A DNA stretch of 64,000 nucleotides. Origin: an uncultured Gemmatimonadaceae bacterium (lineage in GTDB: Bacteria > Gemmatimonadota > Gemmatimonadetes > Gemmatimonadales > Gemmatimonadaceae). The number at the start of each line of letters is the position of its first letter. Positions within the stretch are counted from its first letter, which is position 1. The translations under genes were made by a program, and so were the position numbers. Location: assembly GCA_963829055.1 (NCBI GenBank), contig CAWHHI010000003.1:288001-352000 (forward strand), in the 5' to 3' direction. The notes beneath the pieces are model-generated. The model was not told the origin of the DNA and ran no database searches. It saw nothing but the letters and a program-made list of their open reading frames with translations. Positions 32,817-45,118 of the stretch are shown here, piece by piece.

Positions 32817-33938
32817 GTGGTATTGCTTGCTGGCGCGGGACTCATGGTGCGCACGCTCTCGCAGCTCGGGCACGTGAGCGTCGGCTTCGACGTCGACCGA
32901 CTGCTGACGATGCGCTTCGGCATGCCGGGGACTCGTTATGCAACGCCCGCGGAGCGGACGGCTTACCTGCGTCGACTCATCGATCGGTTCGAGAACATCC
33001 CGGGCGTCGAGTCCGGGGCGTTCAGCACACGGCTGCCGCTCGACCCCGCGTACGGCGTCGCGTCGATCGAGATCCAGGGGCGGCCCGTCGCGGCGGGCGA
33101 ACGGCCGGTGGTGGGCGCCCGCGTGGTGAGCGAGAAATACTTTCGGACGATGGGGATTCCTATTCGGTCCGGCAGAGACTTCACCGTTCGGGATGACGAC
33201 AAGGCGCCGTCGGTCGTGCTCGTGAACAACGCGCTGGCCGCGCGCTTCTGGCCAGGTGAGAACGCGGTCGGACGCCGCATTGGATTCGGCGATGGCAGTT
33301 GGTTGGATATCGTTGGCGTCGTGGGCGACGTGAGTCACGATGGCGTCGGGTCCGAGCCGATCGCCGAGATGTACATCCCGTTCGCGCAGTCGCCGGAGAC
33401 TGGCGGCGCGCTCGTGCTGCGGGCGTCGCGCGACCCGGGCGCGCTCGACGCGGCGGTGCGGCGCGCGGCGCTCTCGGCCGATCCCGATCAGGCGCTCATC
33501 GACGTGCGGCCGATGCGCGACACGGCAGCGGATTCTACGGCGCTCCGCCGATTCATGATGCTGCTGCTGACGGCATTCTCGGCGGTCGCGCTGTCGCTCA
33601 CCGCGATCGGGATTTATGGGATGCTCGCGTTCACGGTCAGCACGCGCACGCGCGAGCTGGGCATCCGCGCCGCACTCGGCGCGCGTCCGGCACAGTTGGT
33701 GTCGCTCGTCGGCCGCCAGGGCCTGGCGCTCACCGCGTTAGGCTTCGCGCTGGGAATTCCGGGCACGCTGGCGTTGACGCGGCTGCTGTCGTCGCAACTG
33801 TACGGCGTGACGCCGCATGATCCGGTGACGCTGGGGACGGCCGTCGCGGTCCTGGCGGCGGTTGCACTTGTAGCGACGTACTTCCCCACGCGCCGCGCGG
33901 CGAACGCGGATCCAGTGAAGGCGCTGACGAAGGACTAG
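32817..33938 (+). pseudogene. 5'-truncated ADOP permease (second half only)
   Basis: Starts mid-motif at VVLLAGAGLMVR; intact second MacB/FtsX unit; first half absent upstream. Confidence 0.75.
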
Positions 33939-33982
33939 CCGTCGATAACGCACATGCGCAACAACGGCATCTAAGACAAAGG

Positions 33983-34256
33983 GGCGAACGGATTCACCGG
34001 ATTGGGCAGATCGACTCCGTTGTCATCCCGAGCGACAAGCGAGGGACTTCTCGAACATCATCGTGGCCGGACTGGCTACGATGCCATCACAGAAGGTCCC
34101 CGTCATGCACCTGCCTGCGGCGAGGTTCCCACGTTCCTCGGGACGACAGTGTTGCAGTTTCCTGCGTGCCTCCTGGGAGTCGCGCGTTCGACGCGGCCCG
34201 CGATCAGCCTCCCGCCCGAAATCGATCCGACAGATCCGCGGCATCCGTTCGCCGCT
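33983..34256. repeat. Composite palindrome: GCGAACGGAT/ATCCGTTCGC arms around a degenerate GTCATCCCGAGC element (34021-34148)
   Basis: Nested inverted arms between two convergent permease genes. Confidence 0.7.
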
Positions 34257-34285
34257 TCGTCTGAGATGTCTATGTTCCAGTCCTC

Positions 34286-36736
34286 CTATTCGTCGCGCAG
34301 CGCCACCACTGGATCGACCCGCGTCGCACGCATCGCCGGCACGAACGTCGCCAGCGCCGCCACTCCCACCAGCGTCGTCGCCACGACCAGGAACGTGCTC
34401 GGGTCACTCGGCTGGACTCCGAAGAGCTGACTCGCGATGAGGCGCGTCAGACCGAATGCGCCGGCGAGCCCGATCGCGACGCCGATGCCCACCAGCAACA
34501 ACCCTTGCCGCATGACCATCCCCAGCACGTTCCGGCGCGCCGCGCCTAACGCCATGCGGATACCGATCTCGTGCGCACGCTGCGTCACCGAGTACGACAT
34601 CACCCCGTAGATTCCGATCGACGCCAGCACCAGCGCCATCGCGGCGAACAGTCCGAGCAGGAGCATCGCGAATCGACGCTGGCCCATCGAGGCGGTGATG
34701 TTCGCGTCCATCGTGGCGATGTTCGCGATCGGCACGTCGGCGTCGATGTTCCGGAGCGCGGACCGAACCGCGGGGAGCATGCGGGTCGGATCCCCGGTCG
34801 TGCGTACCGCGAACCCCATGAATCCGCCCACGAACCCGGACGCCGCCCGGTACGGCAGGTAGAGCTGGACCCGGTTCTCGGCGTCCAGGCCCTCGTGCTT
34901 CGTGTGCCCCACCACGCCCACGACCGTGATCCAGTCGACCACTGAATCGCGCTGCGGATTCCCGAACGCGATGCGCTTGCCGATCGGGTCGGCGTTAGGC
35001 CAGTAGCGCTTGACCATCTCATCGTCCACGACCGCGACCGGCGGGCCGCTCGCGCCGTCCTGCTCCGTGAACAGGCGGCCCTTGATGAGCGGGACCTTGA
35101 GCGCCGCGAAGAACCCGGGGCTCACCACGCGCAGGTCGCCCCACGGACCGGGTTTGTTGGGCGGCGGCTGATACCCCTCGACGGCAAAGCTCCCGGTCCT
35201 CCCACCGCCGCCGAACGGCAGCGTGGACGTGATGCCCACGCCAGTCACGCCCGGGACCGTGCGCACCGCTTCGACGGCGCGATCGAAGTACTGGATGCGA
35301 GCCGTGTCCGAACCATAGCGGGCGTTGGGAATCGACACCGTGAACGTGAGCAGACTGCTGGAGTCGAATCCCGGATTGACGTGCTGCAGCAGCGCCAGGC
35401 TCTTGATCAGGAGCCCCGCACCGGTGAGCAGCGCCAGCGCCAGCGCCACCTCGGCGACCACGAGCACGCGTCGGAGCGCATGCCCGCTCCGATCGCTCGA
35501 CGAGCTCCGGCCTCCCTCCTTGAGCGTCTCCTGGAGGTTCGTGCGCGACGTCTGCACGGCCGGCGCGAGGCCGAACAGCAGCCCGGTCACGACCGAGACG
35601 CCTAACGTGAATAGCGCGACGACCCAGTCGATCCGCAGCTCGTTGATGCGCGGTACGTTGGCCGGCTTGAGCGCGATCAACCCCTTCATGCCGAGCCAGG
35701 CCAGGCCCAGCCCGAGCACGCCACCCAAAACCGCCAGCAGCATGCTCTCCGCGAGCAGTTGGCGGAGGAGGTCCCCGCGCTTCGCGCCGAGCGCGGCGCG
35801 GATGGCGACTTCCTTGATCCGGGACGCCGCGCGCGCGAGCAGCAGGTTCGCCACGTTGGCGCACGCGATGAGCAGCACGAATCCGACAGCGCCGAGCAGG
35901 ACGAGCAGCGCCGGACGGATGTCGCCGCTCACCTTCTCGTTCATGGACGTGACCTTGAGCGTCCAGTCCGTGGGGTAGCTGTTCGGGAACTGCGCCTTGA
36001 GCTGACTCGCGAACGCCTTCATGTCGCTGCGCGCACGCTCGATGGTGATCGCGGGCTTGAGCCGCGCGACCAGCGTCAGGAACTCGCTCGTGCGGTTGTT
36101 GTCGGAGAACTGCTCCGGCGTCAGCGCCAGCGGGGTCCAGAGATCCACGGGACGTCCCCTGAAGTCGCCGAACGTCTGCTGGCATCACCCCGATCACGTC
36201 GTACGGCTCGCCGTTCAGCGTGATCGGCTTCCCGATGACGGAGCGATCAGCGCCGAATTGCCGCTGCCAGAACCCGTCGCTCAGGACCACGACTCTGTTG
36301 TTCCCGGGGTGTCCTCTTCCGGCGTGAAGCTGCGGCCTATGGCCGGTGCCACGCCGAGCGTCTTGAAGATCAGCCCTGACGCGCGCGTACCCTGAAGGCG
36401 CTGCGGGTCGCCGCTGGTACCCGTCAGCGTAGGTGCCCACCCGGTCATCACGAACACGCCGTCGAAGATCGGTGCCTTGTCCCGGAGATCGCGGAACCCC
36501 GGCGGCGATGCACCAGCCTCGAGGTTGTTGAGCGACGGATAGAAGTGGTCGACGATCACGAGCTGCTCGGGGGCCCGATACGGGAACGGCCGCAGCAGCA
36601 CCGTATTCACGACGCTGAAGATCGCGGTGTTCGCGCCGATGCCGAGCGCGAGCGTGAGTAGCACGATGGCCGAGAAGCCGGGCGTCTTGCGCAGCCGGCG
36701 CAGGGCGTACCGGACGTCCTTGAGCAGCGTATCCAT
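34286..36736 (-). CDS. ADOP-type duplicated ABC permease (about 2 frameshifts)
   Basis: [65 protein letters not shown]. Confidence 0.95.
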
Positions 36737-36899
36737 ATCGGAAACCCCGCGACTCGGGGCGTGTTGGCGGGAAACGATCGCGAATGGAGCGATGTTAGGT
36801 AGACAGCCGGGTCGGGGCGATGGTTCGCAGGTCCAGCGGTCGCTCCCGTGCGACGAGTGGTCACCCCCGTGTGTCGGGACGATGAGCGCTCGTACTTCC

Positions 36900-37123
36900 G
36901 CCACTACCGGCCTCCCGCCGCGTGCGCGCTCGACCCGCTTCCCGAAGCGCATGCCGTTGAACGCCTGAAGGGAGCCGAGCAGCGCGTAGCTGAATCCCGC
37001 TACCGGTCGAGGAGCTCGTCGAACGTGTTAGGCACCTCGAGCGACACGACGAGGAGCGTGATCTCGAACCCGAACACGGCGTCGCTCAACCCCTCGATGC
37101 GCGACATCTCGCGACCACGGAGC
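36900..37123 (-). pseudogene. TMEM175 (DUF1211) potassium-channel remnant with internal deletion
   Basis: LRGREMSRIEGLSDAVFGFEITLLVVSLEVPNTFDELL then a jump to C-terminal-like VAGFSYALLGSLQAFNGMRFGKR; no start codon. Confidence 0.7.
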
Positions 37124-37125
37124 CA

Positions 37126-37227
37126 TGTCATCCCGAGCATCCGCGAGGGATCTTCTGTGAACTGTTCGTGGCCGGGCCGGCTGCAATGCCATCAAACACG
37201 ATCCCTCGCTGGGCGCTCGGGATGACA
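37126..37227. repeat. GTCATYCCGAGC palindromic element
   Basis: TGTCATCCCGAGC..GCGAGGGATC / GATCCCTCGC..GCTCGGGATGACA. Confidence 0.9.
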
Positions 37228-37416
37228 CCGCATCCGTTCGCCCTGCCGTCTGAGATGTCGGCGGTTGTGGAATCCGCCGCAGGCCGTAGAATGTCGCTGT
37301 GCCGTTTCGTCGGTGTCCCATATCCGTCATCGCATTCTCACGTCCAGCGATAAACTCGACCCGCGCTCGATTTCATCTCCGGACGATTCAGGTCGTCGTG
37401 ACGGACGACGTCGCTG

Positions 37417-40175
37417 ATGCCTAACGCCGCTGAGCTCGGGCGTCTCGCCGAGGACGCGCGGCGCGAGCGCAACTGGAAGCGGTGGGGGCCTTACCTGTCC
37501 GAGCGTCAGTGGGGCACCGTACGCGAGGACTACTCCGCATCGGGCGACTGCTGGAGCTACTTCCCCCACGACCACGCCCGTAGCCGCGCCTACCGCTGGG
37601 GCGAGGACGGCCTGCTCGGCTTCTCCGACCGCGAGGGCCGGCTGTGCTTCGCGCCTCGCGCTCTGGAACGGGCAGCGACCCCATCCTCAAGGAGCGGCTC
37701 TTCGGCCTCACGGGGCCCGAAGGCAACCACGGCGAGGACGTCAAGGAGTGCTACTACTACCTCGACGCCACGCCGACGCACTCCTACAATCGCGCACTCT
37801 ACAAGTACCCGCAGCGCGCGTTCCCGTACGCCGAGCTCGTGGCCGAGAGCGCGCGGCGCGGGAAGCACGAACCGGAGTACGAGCTCGCGGACACCGGCGC
37901 GTTCGACGAGGGCCGCTACTTCGACGTGCAGGCCGAGTACGCGAAGGGCGGGCCCGACGACGTGCTCGTGCGCGTGACGGTGTCGAACCGCGGGCCGGAC
38001 GCCGCGCCGCTCGCACCTGCTCCCCACTCTCTGGTTCCGCAACACGTGGAGCTGGGGCGGCACCGGTGAGAACTTCCCGCCGCGCGGCGAGATCGCGCTG
38101 CAGGGCCAGGCCCGGCTCCGCGCCTCGCACGCGACACTCGGTTCGTTCACGCTGTTCGGCGAGATCGACGGGGACGCCGGCCCGCCGACGCCGCTGTTCA
38201 CCGAGAACGAGACGAACTTCGCGCGCGTGTTCCGCATGCCTAACGTGCGGCCGTACGTCAAGGACGCGTTCCACGACTACGTCGTCGACGGACGCCACGA
38301 CGCCGTGAACCACGCGAACGTCGGAAGCAAGGCGGCACTCCACTACCACCTGGCGCTCGCGCCAGGCGCGATCCGTCACGGTGCGTCTGCGCCTCGTCCC
38401 GACCGACGAAATCCCGGTCGATCCGTTCGGCACCGCCTTCGACGCCACCTTCGCCGAACGCGCAGGCGGAGGCGGACGCGTTCTACGCGGCGCGGATGGC
38501 GCCCGAAGCGACGGCGGACGAGCGTGCAGTCGTGCGCCAGGCGTACGCCGGCCTGCTGTGGACGAAGCAGTTCTACCACTACGTCGTGAAGGACTGGCTC
38601 GACGGCGACCCGGCGCAACCGCCGCCGCCGGCGGAGCGCCTAACGGGACGCAACTGCCGACTGGCGTCACGTGCACGCGCGCGACGTGATGTCGGTGCCG
38701 GACAAGTGGGAGTACCCGTGGTTCGCGGCGTGGGATCTCGCGTTCCACGTGGTGCCGTTCGCGCAGATCGACCCCGAGTTCGCGAAGAGCCAGCTGCTGC
38801 TACTGCTCCGCGAGTGGTACATGCACGCGAACGGGGAGCTGCCGGCGTACGAGTTCGCGTTCGACGACGTGAACCCGCCGGTGCATGCGTGGGCGTGCTA
38901 TCGCGTGTACCGCATGACCGGCGCTCGCGGGTCTCGCGACCGGGTGTTCCTCGAGCGCGCGTTCCACAAGTTGCTCATCAACTTCACCTGGTGGGTGAAT
39001 CGCAAGGACGCCGAAGGGCAACAACCTGTTCGGCGGCGGATTCCTCGGCCTCGACAACATCGGGGTGTTCGACCGCTCGAAGCCGCTGCCCACCGGCGGT
39101 CATCTCGAGCAGGCGGACGGCACCGCGTGGATGGCGTTCTTCTGCGGCACGCATGCTGTTCATCGCGCTCGAGCTCGCGAGCGAGGATCCGGCCTACGAG
39201 GACGTCGCGTCGAAGTTCTTCGAGCACTACGTCGCGATCTCCGACGCGATGAACGCCGTTGGCGGCGACGGCCTGTGGGATGAGAAGGACGGGTTCTACT
39301 ACGACCAGCTGCACTTCGACGGACAGCTGCATGCCGCTCCGCATCCGGTCGATGGTCGGCATCATCCCGCTGTTCGTGTGCGGCATTCTCGAGGACACTG
39401 TGCTCGCGCGCCTGCCGGGTTTCCGGAAGCGCCTGCAGTGGTTCATCGACAATCGGCCGGACCTCGCGCACCACATCGTGTCCGGCAGCTTCATGCGCGG
39501 GCCGCGCGCGGCCGTTCACAGCGACGGCCAGCCGCTCGAGGGACGGCTCCTGTCCGATCGCGTCACGCGAGCGACTCGTGCGCGCGCTTCGCTACGTGCT
39601 CGATGAGACCGAGTTCCTGTCGCCGTACGGCGTGCGTTCGCTGTCGCGCGTGCATGCCGACCACCCGTTCGTGCTCGATGCGATGGGCACGACGTACAGC
39701 GTCGAGTACGCGCCGGGCGAGTCGGCGTCCGGGCTGTTCGGCGGAAACTCGAACTGGCGCGGGCCGGTGTGGTTCCCGCTCAACTATCTGCTCATCGAGG
39801 CGCTCGACCGCTATCACCTGTTCTACGGCGATGATCTCACGGTCGAGTGCCCGACGGGTTCGGGCACGATTCATGACGCTGGGCGAGGTCGCGCGCGAGA
39901 TCGAGCGGCGGCTGGCGACGCTCTTTCTCGCGGACGCGTCAGGCAGCCCGCCCCGTGCACGGCGGCGACGAGCGCTACGCCAGCGATCCGTACTGGAAGG
40001 ATCTCGTGCTGTTCTACGAGTATTTCCACGGCGACACCGGCCGCGGTGTCGGCGCGAGCCATCAGACCGGCTGGACGGCGCTCATCGTGCGCTCCATCGA
40101 AGAGGCGGCGCGGCGGCGCTCACCGCCGGTCGCCGACGTCGGCGGCCGCCGACTCGGCCTAACGAACCAGGTCGC
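37417..40175 (+). CDS. MGH1-like GH63 glucosidase (frameshifted; 3' end approximate)
   Basis: [88 protein letters not shown]. Confidence 0.95.
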
Positions 40176-42883
40176 TCACCCGTCCGCCCGCATGGCGCTC
40201 AAGCGGATCGACCCGCGCGGCACGCCGCGCCGGAATCCACGACGCGAGCAGCGCGACGACGCCGAGCAGTGCCGCCACACGCGACGAACGTGAATGGGTC
40301 GCGCACACTGACGCCGAAGAGCAGACTCCTGAGCACGCGCGAGACCGCGTACGCGCCGACGCTGCCTAACACCACGCCAGCCAGCGCCAGTACGAGTCCG
40401 CGGCGCACGACCATGGCCGACCACGCGCTCCGCGCTCGCGCCGAGCGCGATGCGGATGCCGATCTCACGCGTCCGCTGCTGTACCGTGTAGGCGATCACG
40501 CCGTAGATGCCCACCACCGCGAGCACGACCGCGAGCGCGGCGAAGACCGTGAGCAGGAGTGACGTAGAACCTCGGCTGACCGAGCGAGCGGTCGATCATC
40601 GTCTCGAGCGTGAACGCGTCGTAGACGGGCAGGTCGCGGTCGAGCGACGCGACCGTCGCCTGCGCTGCCGGAGCGGCGCGGCCGGGTCGCCGCGCGTGCG
40701 CATCACGACGGTGATCTCGTCGAGCGGCCACTGATCGAACGCGGCGTAGACGTGCGGCGTGAGCCCCGCGGTCGAGACTCCGCTGCCTGACGTCCCCGAC
40801 GATGCCGACGATCTCACCGGCGAGCTCGCTCGCCCGTCCTGCTTCCATCCGAACCGGAGCCGCTTGCCGATCGGGTCTTCGCCGGCGAAGAAGCGGCGCG
40901 CCGTCTCCTCGCTGATGACCATCGTGCGCTGGCTGCCTGGACCGGTCCGCGCCGCTGAACGCCCGCCCGCGAATCGACCGGGATCGCCGACCGTCGCGAA
41001 GTACCCGGGACTCACGATACGCACCTGTGCCCTCGGCTCCACGTTAGGCGGCGGGGCGATCTCGTCCCTCGACTTCGAATGCTCAGCTGAAAGCTCTGGC
41101 CCGAGAGCGGGAGCCCGAACGTCACCGCGGCGGAGTCGACGCCGGGGATGCGGCGTACTTCCTCGAGCAACGTCGCCGCGAACGGCGCTGCTGGTCGAGC
41201 GTCTCGTACTTCATCGGACGACGAGCGTCACCGAGAACGTCGACACCCGCGCGGCCTGGAAGCCGGGGTTCACATCGCGAAGTCGCGCGAAGCTCTTGAG
41301 CAGGAGGCCCGCGCCGACGAGGAGCATGAGCGCGAGCGTGATCTCCGCGACGACGAGCGCGCCGCGCGCGCGTGCGCTTCCAGGATCTCGTGCGCGATCC
41401 GCGATTCCCGTCGCGGAGTGAGAGCGCCAGCTGTCCGCGCGGACGCCTGCAGCGCCGGGATCGAGCCGAAGAGCAGCGCCGCCAGCGCCTGTCACGCCCA
41501 GCGTGAACAGCAGTACCGTCGCGTCGACGTGCACGTTGTACAGGCGCGGTATGTCGCTCGGCGCGAGCGAGAGGAGCAGTCGAGTTCCCCAGCGCGGCGA
41601 GCACGAACCCGAGCACCCCTCCGATCAGCGCGAGGCGAGACAGCTCTCGGTGAGCAGCTGCCTGACGAGTCGCCCGCGACCGGCGCCGAGCGCCGTCCGG
41701 ACCGCGAGCTCGGACTCGCGAGCGGCGGTGCGCCCCAGCATGAGACTCGCGACGTTCGCGCACGCGATGAGCATGACGAAGCCCACGGCGGCGAGCAGGA
41801 TGATCAGCGCCGGTCGCACCTCGCCGACCATGTCTTCGCGCAGCGGAACGAGGCTACGTGCCGAGTACCCGCGTCGTGTCTCGGATCCTGCAGCCTCGAG
41901 GCGGCGAGCGATCGTCGTCCATCTCGCTGCTGCGCCTGTTCCCGCGTGACGCCAGGCGCCAGCCGGCCGATGACGTCGATCCACCGCGACCCGCGACTCG
42001 CGTCGGACAGGTCCCGTTGGGAGAAGCGCGTCGTGAGCCACATGTCCACCGGTGATGGATAGCGCATGTCGGCCGGCGCGACGCCGATCACCGTCGGTCG
42101 GGATACTCGTCGAGCGTGATGAGTTGCCGATGATGGCTGGGATCGGCGCCGAAACCGGCTGCGCCACAGGCCGTCGCTCAGGATCACGACGCGCGGCGCG
42201 TCCGCCGCATCCTCGCCGGCGGCGAACGCGCGACCGAGCGCGACGCCGAACGCCGAGCAGCTGGAACATGTTCGCGCTCACGCGCGCCTGCGTGAAGCGT
42301 TCGGCGGTGCCGCTTCCGGTCAGGTTGACCGTGCTCTCGTACGATGCGGCGAGCGCGGAAAACGCTGTCGATTGTCGGCGCCAGTCGGTGAAGTCGGCCG
42401 GGAGAGACCGCGATCCTGCCGCCATTGATCGTCGAGTAGACGCGCGATGCAGCTCGCGCGGGTTCGGCGTAGGGCAGCTCGCGGAGCAGCACGCCGCGGA
42501 CGACGGAGAAGATCGCGGTGTTCGCCCCGATGCCCGAGCGCGAGCGTGATGAGCGCGATGGAGGTGAAGCCCGGATTGCGGCGGAGCTGGCGGAACGCGA
42601 AGCGCATGTCCTGCCGGAGCTCATCGCCCAATTCGGCGCGTCGCTCGTGGTCGCATGCGCGCGCGGTCGTCGTCGTTCAGGTAGCGACGCGTGTATTCGA
42701 GGTCGCCGAACTCGGCGCGCGCACGGTGCTCAGCTTCCTGCGGTGAGAGTGCCGGCGTCGATGAGCTCCTGCGTCTTCATGTCGAGGTGGAAGCGCAGCT
42801 CGTCGTCGACTTCGCGGCGGACGCGCGTCGGCGGAGGACCAGGGGAGTCGGAACGCTCGGCGAATACCGCGAATGCGTCTCAT
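40176..42883 (-). CDS. ADOP-type duplicated ABC permease (heavily frameshifted)
   Basis: [62 protein letters not shown]. Confidence 0.9.
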
Positions 42884-42914
42884 CGAACGCGTGCTCGATC
42901 GGAGTTGCGTCCGG

Positions 42915-43232
42915 TACGCGGTTTCGAGCACCTTGAAGATCGCCTCGGCGTACTGCCTCCATTCGGACGGTTTCGGCGCGGAACTGCGTGCGGCCGGCAG
43001 TGGTGAGCTGGTAGTACTTGGCGCGGCGGTTGTTCTCGGAGAGTCCCCACTCGGATTCGATGAGGCCTTTGCGCTCGAGGCGATGGAGTGCCTGGTAGAG
43101 CGCGGCGTCTTCGACGGTGAGGACGTTGTCGGTGCGCTGACGGATCCACCGGGAGATGGCGTAGCCGTGCATGGCGTCCCACGAGAGTGTCTTGAGGATC
43201 AGGACGTCGAGCGTTCCCTGGAGGAGGTCCAT
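42915..43232 (-). CDS. PadR-family regulator, acidobacterial type (3' end frameshifted, approximate)
   Basis: MDLLQGTLDVLILKTL..AMHGYAI...VEDAALYQALHRLE...EWGLSENNRRAKYYQLT. Confidence 0.9.
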
Positions 43233-43273
43233 GGCGTGGCAGCTGAGTGACGCATTGGCGGAATCGTTTGCCA

Positions 43274-43313
43274 TCCCCTCACAATGTGAGGGGAGTAGAT
43301 TCGAATTGTCAAG
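43274..43313 (-). promoter_or_regulatory. Putative PadR operator and -35 element
   Basis: TCCCCTCACA-a-TGTGAGGGGA at 43274-43294; minus-strand TTGACA at 43308-43313. Confidence 0.7.
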
Positions 43314-43798
43314 CGATGAAGAACCTTGGCGGTTCGTCGGGCGCTCGTCCTAGCCATCCTCGGCGCGGCGAGGCTCGGTCTATGTGTCACGACGTGAAAT
43401 CTGGCTCCGCGATCGCTCCATTAGAATTGACGTTCTAGAATGCGGACATTATCTGACACTATTGACGCGTCATTATGACGCCACCATGCGAGCAAACTAT
43501 TAATAAGTATCAATTTGCTCAGAAATTGGCCACATGAGCCGAAGTACGTTGGTTTGCTGGCGCTCTCCACGGTTGTTGCACGACTTCTAGCAGGGTTAAC
43601 ATCCGGATCCTTCGATCGTCGAGATAGCGTCCTCTGCAATTGTCGAGCAATCGATCGAGAGAACCATCGAGGCCGGTCAGGGTGTCGTAGTAGAGCACGA
43701 TCGAGCTTGGACGAGGCGGCGCAAGCAGGTGGCGCGACGATCGATCCAGGCATTTTTTTGCGAAACGGACGGGTAGCCGCGGTCGTGCGGCCACTCTC

Positions 43799-44619
43799 AT
43801 GGCGCTGCGGGCCGCACGACGCGGCGCCGATGGAGGGGATTCCGAATGGCGAAGTCCGTCAGACCCGTTGTCGTGGTTGAAGCAGGTCGCGTTAGGGATC
43901 GGCGCATTGGGAACGATGATCTTCACCGCGCAGCACGTCCGCCCGGTCTACGCCGGTCGCGCTCCGGTCGTGCGAGAGCTGCTCGAGCCGCGCGCGTGGG
44001 GCGACTCCGCGCTCGCCCGTGCTCCATGGGCGATCGGGATCCAGCGACGTGGCACTCCTCAGCCCACAGTTCGAGATCGACCGACGCGCGTTCATGGAAG
44101 ACCTCATTCGCACGTCCGGCATCACGCCGGGCTCGCGCGGATTCCGTCGCGACGTTCGCGGTGCGTGAGGCCTATCGTCGTCGAGTCCCGCCCGCGCTCG
44201 TGTTCGGCGTCCTCATGGTCGAGAACCGCGAGCTCAAGTCGTCGGCGACATCCAACGCCGGCGCGGTGGGGCTCATGCAGATCGACACGAGCACCTGGGT
44301 GAGCGCACTCGGCAAGCATTTCGGCACGAATCTGCGCAACGACGAGACGAACCTCCGCTACGGCGTGTTCATTCTCAGTCATCTGCTCTACGACAGCGAC
44401 GACGACTGCGCCGGCCGACTCGGCGAACGTGCACGGGTCGCTGCGTCGCGGCCTCCTGCGCTACAACGGATGCGTGCGCGGCACGAACACGAAGAACTGC
44501 TTCCGCTATCCAGAGATCGTGCGCACGCGCATCGACACACTTCGCGATCGTCGCAGTGCGGTTGGCGCGGGTACGAGCGCTGCGTCGCCGAGCCGCTCAA
44601 GTACGCGCTCGACGACTGA
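43799..44619 (+). CDS. Lytic transglycosylase, SLT domain (frameshifted)
   Basis: N-terminal TM; VPPALVFGVLMVEN, SNAGAVGLMQI, TNLRYGV.IL, LLRYNG. Confidence 0.85.
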
Positions 44620-44637
44620 TCCGCTCTGACCGACTCG

Positions 44638-44692
44638 CAGAAAAAACCCCCGGTGATCGCTCTCGGGGAGAGCTCATCCCGGGGTTTCTCGC
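44638..44692 (-). terminator. Hairpin between convergent genes with T-tract on the minus strand
   Basis: aaaaaacccccgg ... ccggggtttc with inner gctctc/gagagc. Confidence 0.55.
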
Positions 44693-44706
44693 GCGTCGCT
44701 GCGTCG

Positions 44707-44973
44707 CTATTTCTTTCGCGCCGCTCGCTTGGTGCCGCTCTGCTTCGCGGCGCGCTTGCGCGGAACCTTCGCGCCTTTCTCGCGGGCCTCGGAGAGCCCG
44801 ATCGCGATCGCCTGCTTGCGACTCTTCACCGTTCCGCCCTTCCCGCCACGACCGCTCTTGAGCGTTCCCTTCTTCCGGCGGCGCATCGCGCTTCCGACGC
44901 GCTTCGATGCCGCCTTCCCGTACTTGCGTCCGCCGGATCGCTTCGAGGTGCTCTTTCGCTTTGCCGTTGCCAT
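44707..44973 (-). CDS. DUF6496 small basic protein
   Basis: KYGKAASKRV..AMR..KKGTLKSG...VKSRKQAIAIGLSEAREKG.KVP. Confidence 0.9.
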   Translation of the reverse strand: MATAKRKSTSKRSGGRKYGKAASKRVGSAMRRRKKGTLKSGRGGKGGTVKSRKQAIAIGLSEAREKGAKVPRKRAAKQSGTKRAARKK

Positions 44974-45118
44974 TGGCTCACCCGGATTGAGGTTGGCTGG
45001 CTAGCCTTGCACAGCCTCGTCCGGCAAGAATTGGCCCTCAGGCGTTGTCAGTCGCGCAGATATCGAGCGGTTGTCATCCCGGAGCGCGAGCTCGAGGAAT
45101 CGAGCGACAGGCTCCGCT

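Noticed and set aside
36744..36760. CCCC...GGGG dyad upstream of the PadR-less permease as a third PadR operator
   Set aside because: Its spacing is shorter than the 21-bp consensus and its inner symmetry is poor.
42677..43232. PadR-permease translational fusion
   Set aside because: The PadR tail reads in frame into the permease, but the region is indel-rich and the other PadR-permease pair is clearly two genes; a lost stop is more likely.
43430..43465. dif site or replication origin in the AT-rich patch
   Set aside because: Only a XerC-like half (gtgtcagataa) is present, with no TTATGTTAAAT-like XerD arm and no DnaA-box cluster.
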